A DNA stretch of 41,548 nucleotides from contig JAVHSM010000035.1 in NCBI GenBank assembly GCA_036172155.1, positions 1 through 41,548 of the forward strand, in the 5' to 3' direction. Below the pieces are notes generated by a model. That model had not been told where the DNA came from. It saw only the letters and a list, made by a program, of their open reading frames with translations, and ran no database searches. The position numbers were made by a program, and so were the translations under genes. Shown piece by piece: positions 36,494 through 41,548 of this stretch (positions are counted from its first letter, which is position 1; the number at the start of each line of letters is the position of its first letter). This DNA is from Candidatus Magasanikiibacteriota bacterium (GTDB taxonomy: Bacteria; Patescibacteriota; Patescibacteriia; Magasanikbacterales; GWA2-37-8).

Positions 36494-38362
36494 ATGGCTT
36501 TCAAACCACTATTTGGCCAAGGTAAAGCGGTAAGTGCTTCTCTTTTGGAAAAAGAAAAGAGTGAGTTAGAAAAGACTTCCGCGCAAGAAATAATCAGCCT
36601 CGAAGAAGAGCGGGTCTATCGCGAAGGGGTAGTATCGCTCAAAGATATTATCGCGCCGTCAGCGTTGAATATTGAATCCAATTTTATTCAGTTGGGTACG
36701 ACTTTTTGTCGCACGATTTTTATCATGAGTTATCCGCGTTATATTTCGATTGGCTGGAGTTCGCCGATTATAAATCTGTCGGTCAATATGGATATCGCCA
36801 TGTTTTTTTATCCGATTAAGGCGGCGATTATTTTGAAACAATTAAAAAATAAAGTGGGCGCGCTTGAAGCCCAGATCAACGCCGATGCCGAAAAAGGCGC
36901 GCCGCGTGATCCGGTGCGCGAGACGGCTTTGCGTGATGTGGAGGAATTGCGTGACAATCTTACTCAAGGTACAGAACATTTTTTTCAATTTGCTTTTTAT
37001 GTCACGGTTTATACCAAGAGTAAAGAAAAACTGGATCAGCTATCGGAAGATATTGAAAGTATTTTTGGTAGTAAATTGATTTTGAGTCGTAAAGTTCTTT
37101 ATCAGGCCGAGCAAGGTTTTAATTCTACTTTACCGCTGTGTAATGATGAGTTGATGATCGCGTACAATATGAACTCTTCGCCGATTGCCGCGTCTTTTCC
37201 TTTTATTTCCGCCGAGCTTACTTCGGACAACGGTATTTTGTATGGCATCAATCGCCACAACAACAGTTTGATTTTGTTCGATCGTTTTTCGATGCAAAAT
37301 GCCAACATGGTAGTATTTGCGACATCCGGTGCCGGTAAAAGTTACGCGATCAAATTGGAAATTTTGCGTTCGATGATGATGGGTATTGATGTGATCGTGA
37401 TTGATCCGGAAATGGAATACAAACATCTGTCCGACGCGGTGGGCGGTACCTATATCAATATTTCGCTATCATCGGAAAGTAAGGTAAACCCGTTTGATTT
37501 ACCGCGTCCGACCGGCCAAGAAATGGCTGTTGATGATATTATTCGCAGTGCGGTGATTACCGTGAAGGGGTTGTTGCGTATAATGCTAGGCGGAATTTCC
37601 ACGGAGGAAGATTCGATTATCGACAGGGCATTGATTGAAACTTATGCCAAAAAAGATATTACGCCGGATGCGGATTTGACTACGGCTCAGCCGCCGATAA
37701 TGCAGGATTTGCAAGAGGTACTCGAAGGGATGGAAGGTGCCGGTCAGCTGGTGCTAAAATTAAAAAAATATACCGAGGGTACATTCAGCGGGTTGTTCAA
37801 TTCGCCAACCAATGTGGAGATAAAAAATCAGCTAGTAGTGTATAGTGTGCGCGACCTAGAAGATGAGTTGCGGCCGTTGGCTATATATGCCATTATTAAC
37901 TATATCTGGAATGTGGTGCGTTCGGAGCGCAAAAAAAGAATTTTGGTGATTGATGAAGCTTGGTGGCTGATGCAACACGAAGATTCCGCTCGTTTTATTT
38001 TTGCGTTGGTGAAACGCTGTCGCAAATATTTCTTGGGCGTCACGACTATTACTCAGGATGTCAACGACTTTTTACATTCGCAATACGGGCAGGCGATCGT
38101 GACCAATTCGGCTCTGCAATTATTGTTGCGTCAGTCATCGGCGGCCGTGGAAAATGTCCAAAAAATATTTATGTTGACGGATAGTGAAAAATATTTATTG
38201 TTGGAAAGCGGCCCAGGTGAAGGAATATTTTTTGCCGGATTAAAACATGCGGCCATAAAAGTAGTAGCCTCATATACCGAAGATCAGCTGGTGACCACCA
38301 ACCCACAACAGTTGTTGGAGATTGAACGCGCCAAAAAAGAATTTGAAAAACAAACTCAATAA
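36494..38362 (+). CDS. virB4: VirB4/TrsE/PrgJ-type T4SS ATPase
   Basis: Walker A 'ATSGAGKSYA' (~37321-37350) and Walker B 'RILVIDEAWWLM' (~37940-37975). 'GVTTITQD'. Position directly after the PrgI-like gene. Confidence 0.85.
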   Translation: MAFKPLFGQGKAVSASLLEKEKSELEKTSAQEIISLEEERVYREGVVSLKDIIAPSALNIESNFIQLGTTFCRTIFIMSYPRYISIGWSSPIINLSVNMDIAMFFYPIKAAIILKQLKNKVGALEAQINADAEKGAPRDPVRETALRDVEELRDNLTQGTEHFFQFAFYVTVYTKSKEKLDQLSEDIESIFGSKLILSRKVLYQAEQGFNSTLPLCNDELMIAYNMNSSPIAASFPFISAELTSDNGILYGINRHNNSLILFDRFSMQNANMVVFATSGAGKSYAIKLEILRSMMMGIDVIVIDPEMEYKHLSDAVGGTYINISLSSESKVNPFDLPRPTGQEMAVDDIIRSAVITVKGLLRIMLGGISTEEDSIIDRALIETYAKKDITPDADLTTAQPPIMQDLQEVLEGMEGAGQLVLKLKKYTEGTFSGLFNSPTNVEIKNQLVVYSVRDLEDELRPLAIYAIINYIWNVVRSERKKRILVIDEAWWLMQHEDSARFIFALVKRCRKYFLGVTTITQDVNDFLHSQYGQAIVTNSALQLLLRQSSAAVENVQKIFMLTDSEKYLLLESGPGEGIFFAGLKHAAIKVVASYTEDQLVTTNPQQLLEIERAKKEFEKQTQ

Positions 38363-38379
38363 TTTTTTAATATATTTTT

Positions 38380-38985
38380 ATGATTTCATTGCGCGCCAGA
38401 ATATTTATTATCGTTAGCCTGATAATTTTGATTGTTTTGAGTATTAGTATTTTTTTGTGGATCAGATCTCGACCGCCGGTCGCGCCGAATTATTTGGAAA
38501 ATCCGCCAACAGTGGTGGGTGGTGATGTGGGTAGTATTCCGGCGTCGGTAGCGCCGACACCGCTGACAGCCATTCCAAGTAATGTGAAAGTAATACCGGC
38601 CACAGCTGTGGAAGTACAGCAGAATGCCGCGCAACAATTGGCCAAAATTTTTGTGGAAAGATTAAATAGTTATTCTACCGAAAGTCAATTTCAAAATGTG
38701 CGTGATGTGCAGGAGTTGGTGACAGTTGGCTACTGGAAAGAATTAAGTATGAAAATTGGTGTGGCTAACACCTCACCGTCCACCGTTCCGTTTGCTTCGG
38801 CAATTACCAAAATTTACAGCACAAAATTGGTGGCATGGAGTAACAATAATGCTGTTGTGGAATTTCAAGCAAAAGTTGGTGAAGAAAAAAATAATATCGT
38901 TTCAACTCGTGATCAGGGTGGCAAAGTCACTCTCGTTAAAAGCGGAGAAAATTGGTTGGTGGATAAATTTGAGTGGGTGAAATAA
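38380..38985 (+). CDS. Bitopic membrane protein, possible PrgL/VirB8-like T4SS component
   Basis: N-terminal TM helix (IFIIVSLIILIVLSISIFLWI) plus a ~150-aa extracytoplasmic domain. Size, topology and position after virB4 match PrgL/VirB8-like proteins. No motif-level proof. Confidence 0.4.
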   Translation: MISLRARIFIIVSLIILIVLSISIFLWIRSRPPVAPNYLENPPTVVGGDVGSIPASVAPTPLTAIPSNVKVIPATAVEVQQNAAQQLAKIFVERLNSYSTESQFQNVRDVQELVTVGYWKELSMKIGVANTSPSTVPFASAITKIYSTKLVAWSNNNAVVEFQAKVGEEKNNIVSTRDQGGKVTLVKSGENWLVDKFEWVK

Positions 38986-39010
38986 AAATTTATTGCGTAG
39001 TGATTTGTTT

Positions 39011-39099
39011 GTCATTCCGATGTCATCCTGATCCGCCAAAGGCGGAGAAGAATCCCTTAGTGGCGAACATAAGGGATTCTTCATTTCATTCAGAATGAC
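39011..39099. repeat. Partial end plus a composite family-B hairpin
   Basis: gtcattccga (39011-39020). gtcatcctgatccgccaaaggcggagaagaatccctta...taagggattcttcatttcattcagaatgac (39022-39099). Confidence 0.9.
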
Positions 39100-39133
39100 A
39101 ATTGATTGGTTTGATGTTTGATAGCCAAAACTT

Positions 39134-39862
39134 ATGAGTTTAAGGAGGGGAATAATTGAAAATATAAAAAATTATCTTTTTCCGGTATTTTGTTTGCAGT
39201 GCCAAAAAGAAGGACAATGGTGGTGTGAAAAATGTATTGACGCATTGGAAAATGTCGGAGTGTTTTATTGTCCGGTTTGTCATCTAAAAAATTCTTCCGG
39301 TACACCTTGTCAGAGGTGCCAGTCCGCGACTGCCTTAAACGGTGTCGCGGCTTTTTTTGATTACAATGAAAAAGCCATTGTTGGACAATTAATTCGCCAG
39401 TTCAAATATAATTTTGCTTACGATATTGTCGATGTTTGGAAAGAAATTATTGATAAATATTTGTTGAAGATTATTGAGGTGCAAAAAATAAATGCCGGTA
39501 TTTTTATGGTGATACCCGTGTCTTTGCATCGGTCGCGCTATCGCCGGCGTGGTTTTAATCAAGCGGAGTTGATCGCCGAATTGTTGTATACAAAATTAAA
39601 AGAAATATATCCGCTAACAAGTTTTGAAAAAAATAGTTTGATTCGTGAAAAACCAACCAAACAGCAAGCCAAATTAAATCGCGCCGATCGTTTAAAAAAT
39701 TTGCAAAACGCGTTTGGGTGGCAATCTACTTATCCTCCCGGTAAAAATATTATATTGGTGGATGATGTCTATACCAGTGGTGCGACTATGCAAGAATGCG
39801 CAAAAATATTAAAACGCGCCGGTGCGCAAAAAGTTTTCGGTCTTACCTTGGCGCGCGATTGA
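39134..39862 (+). CDS. comFC: ComF-family protein (ComFC, PRTase-like competence protein)
   Basis: N-terminal Cys clusters (CLQC...CEKC, CPVC...CQRC). PRTase motif 'ILVDDVYTSGATM'. 'GFNQAELIA'. Confidence 0.85.
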   Translation: MSLRRGIIENIKNYLFPVFCLQCQKEGQWWCEKCIDALENVGVFYCPVCHLKNSSGTPCQRCQSATALNGVAAFFDYNEKAIVGQLIRQFKYNFAYDIVDVWKEIIDKYLLKIIEVQKINAGIFMVIPVSLHRSRYRRRGFNQAELIAELLYTKLKEIYPLTSFEKNSLIREKPTKQQAKLNRADRLKNLQNAFGWQSTYPPGKNIILVDDVYTSGATMQECAKILKRAGAQKVFGLTLARD

Positions 39863-41273
39863 TGTTTTGCCAGATATTAACAAACTTATCCGAATAAACT
39901 TTTTTCCAGACAGTAGAAATGTTTATGTCTTTTTCCAATTGAGTAGTTTCAACTTTTAAAATTTTGTTGGTATCAAAAAACCAATTGTTAATGGTGTCCG
40001 GTTCCGCCATTCTTGTAAAATTTGGTTTTTTTAGGAAGATATAATCGGCGTTGTCTTTTTCTATTTCTTTTAGACCGTTTTGATTGTCCAATATTTCAAA
40101 ATAATGCTCCAGCATGGTTTTGTTTTTATCGTACATCCAAGTGGCGGTGCCGCGGCCGTCAAAATATACCAATGCATTGGGTAGTGTCCAGTTGAGATAA
40201 CCTCCCCAGCTGAATTCATTAAATATTTTTATTGGTTGGTTGGTCGTATTTTTGAGGAAAGTGATTGCCTGATAAGGAAATGAATTTCTTTTGGCCAAAA
40301 TAACATCATTCCAAACATCATTGGTAAAATGAACGGCGTGGATATAGTAACCTGATAACAATATTAAAGTCGCACAAAATAAAATGGTGATGAACTTAGG
40401 TAAAAGGGATCCTTTACTGCATTCAGGATGACAGCCAAGAGCTGTAGGTATTTTTTTTAATGAAAATTCTTGCGCGATTATTGCAATGGTTTTTTCAAAA
40501 ATAGGCACCGCCAACAATCCTACAAAAATCGCCTGTCGCTTGTACATAAAAGCGGCATAGTAGAAAGCGCAAAATAATATTGTATGCGTAAAATTTATTT
40601 TTTTCTTATAAAAACTATAAAAAACCATTACCAACGCGATTGTTTGAATTATTAAAATTTTCCAAAATATGGGGAAAACATAGCTAGGCACCCATTCGCT
40701 GATGTGCATTTTATAATAGTTTTGTCCGAAATATTCCCAAATTTCTGTCCAGATTTTCCAACCATAAGGATTGATGGCAATCAACAAAGCGGCGATAATT
40801 TGTATTATGATAATAATCATAGTCATCCTGAGTGTTAGCGAAGGATCTCTTTTTGTTGGATTAAGGGATTCTTCGTGGATTTTATCCTCGCGAAGCGGGG
40901 GTTCAGAATGACAAGATATGTCATCTAGTTTATCCGGAAACATTTTTGTCTTGTATTTTATCGGTAATAAAATACTTATTAGTGCACCAACTAAATAGAT
41001 ATTTAAAACAATAAAACCCAAAATCCAACTTCCGTGCAATATCGACCACAGCCAGAACAGCGGTGGTAATAGATACAACCAGCGAAAATTACTTTTGGCT
41101 TTTTCAATCAGCCAGACTGTCAAAGAAAAAAATAAGGGCGTAAACATCGCCAGACGCGCCACAAAAATATGGATGACCGTGGATTGACAGATTAACGCTA
41201 TAATTAAATAAGTTGAAGTAATTTTTTTGGAAAAAGTTTTTCCGATAATTATAAATGACAAAAAAAACAACAA
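39843..41273 (-). CDS. Polytopic membrane protein (possibly a GT-C-like glycosyltransferase) with in-frame repeat insertions
   Basis: 476 aa with many hydrophobic helices and a soluble C-terminal domain ('NEFSWGGYLNW...VYFDGRG'). 'CHSEPPLREDKIHEESLNPTKRDPSLTLRMT' and 'GCHPECSKGSL' are translated repeat elements. The functional call is weak. Confidence 0.55.
   Translation of the reverse strand: MLFFLSFIIIGKTFSKKITSTYLIIALICQSTVIHIFVARLAMFTPLFFSLTVWLIEKAKSNFRWLYLLPPLFWLWSILHGSWILGFIVLNIYLVGALISILLPIKYKTKMFPDKLDDISCHSEPPLREDKIHEESLNPTKRDPSLTLRMTMIIIIIQIIAALLIAINPYGWKIWTEIWEYFGQNYYKMHISEWVPSYVFPIFWKILIIQTIALVMVFYSFYKKKINFTHTILFCAFYYAAFMYKRQAIFVGLLAVPIFEKTIAIIAQEFSLKKIPTALGCHPECSKGSLLPKFITILFCATLILLSGYYIHAVHFTNDVWNDVILAKRNSFPYQAITFLKNTTNQPIKIFNEFSWGGYLNWTLPNALVYFDGRGTATWMYDKNKTMLEHYFEILDNQNGLKEIEKDNADYIFLKKPNFTRMAEPDTINNWFFDTNKILKVETTQLEKDINISTVWKKVYSDKFVNIWQNINRAPR
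40406..40432. repeat. Family-B half element inside a CDS
   Basis: gggatcctttactgcattcaggatgac (27 nt). Confidence 0.8.
40822..40912. repeat. Composite family-B element inside a CDS
   Basis: gtcatcctgagtgttagcgaaggatctct...taagggattcttcg...ctcgcgaagcgggggttcagaatgac. Confidence 0.85.
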
Positions 41274-41548
41274 AAAAGGAGGACGAGAATGGTGAAATTA
41301 TCTTAATTGATGATGGTTCCAGAGATAAATCCTGGAGTGTGATTGAATTACTTTCAGCGAAAAATCCGAACATTCGTGGAATTAAGTTCCGTAGAAATTA
41401 CGGAAAATCGGCTGCACTGAATGTTGGTTTTGAGGCGGTTCAGGGCGATGTGGTGATTACCATGGATGCCGATTTGCAGGATTCACCCGATGAAATTCCT
41501 GAATTGTATAAGATGATTGCGGATGATGGATTGGATTTAGTTTCCGGT
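41255..41548 (+). CDS. Family-2 glycosyltransferase (polyprenol-phosphate sugar transferase type), 3' end beyond the window, N-terminus atypically short
   Basis: 'IILIDDGSRDKS', 'RRNYGKSAALNVG' and 'VVITMDADLQDSPDEIP'. The in-frame ATG at 41255 is preceded by TAA at 41252-41254. Confidence 0.7.
   Translation, partial: MTKKTTKKEDENGEIILIDDGSRDKSWSVIELLSAKNPNIRGIKFRRNYGKSAALNVGFEAVQGDVVITMDADLQDSPDEIPELYKMIADDGLDLVSG

Noticed and set aside
14349-40912. Considered whether the recurring GTCATTCC... repeats form a CRISPR array.
   Set aside because: Copies are dispersed over 26 kb with irregular spacing and mixed orientation. They are themselves palindromic or composite. No cas genes are present.
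41190-41290. Considered whether an upstream frame ('LEKVFPIIINDKKNNKKGG') supplies the missing GT2 N-terminus through a homopolymer frameshift.
   Set aside because: The 'PIIIND' resemblance to 'IP.YNE' is weak, and the distance to the DDGS motif would be much too short. The more likely reading is the mirror of the minus-strand gene start.
41104-41373. 89-aa minus-strand ORF spanning the membrane-protein/GT2 junction.
   Set aside because: It overlaps both better-supported genes and translates to low-complexity sequence.

Overview
The window looks like part of a small, low-GC, Shine-Dalgarno-poor genome of the Patescibacteria/CPR type. That placement is an inference from gene content, giant surface proteins and the repeat type. 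All family calls come from motif recognition by eye; no searches or computations were run.

Layout:
1. 1-12.7 kb, surface/toxin block: a PKD-module protein (5' partial), a 2760-aa RHS polymorphic toxin with a candidate immunity gene and an orphan RHS-core remnant, and a HAF-repeat secreted protein.
2. 12.8-16.3 kb, housekeeping block: small export protein, prfB, tsaC, a GIY-YIG nuclease and rsmA.
3. 16.4-25.2 kb: a TSP3-repeat membrane protein and a 2714-aa secreted Cys-rich giant.
4. 25.2-27.3 kb, accessory zone: dense palindromic repeats, a sharply GC-rich islet encoding a lipoprotein on the minus strand, a frameshifted HEPN gene and a HicA remnant.
5. 27.3-39.0 kb: an eight-gene, tightly coupled T4SS-like operon. 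It holds a VirB6/TrbL-like giant, two paralogous unknowns, an unknown 417-aa protein, a PrgI/VirB3-like protein, a 227-aa ORF in frame with a VirB4 ATPase, and a PrgL/VirB8-like bitopic protein. No relaxase or coupling protein is in view. This is my best candidate for an undescribed system.
6. 39.1-41.5 kb: comFC, a polytopic membrane protein (minus strand) and a GT2 that looks 5'-truncated at the window end.

Two related families of GTCATTCC-ended palindromic elements sit at nearly every operon boundary and are inserted in frame in two CDSs. I recognised no rRNA, tRNA, CRISPR array, integrase or transposase.
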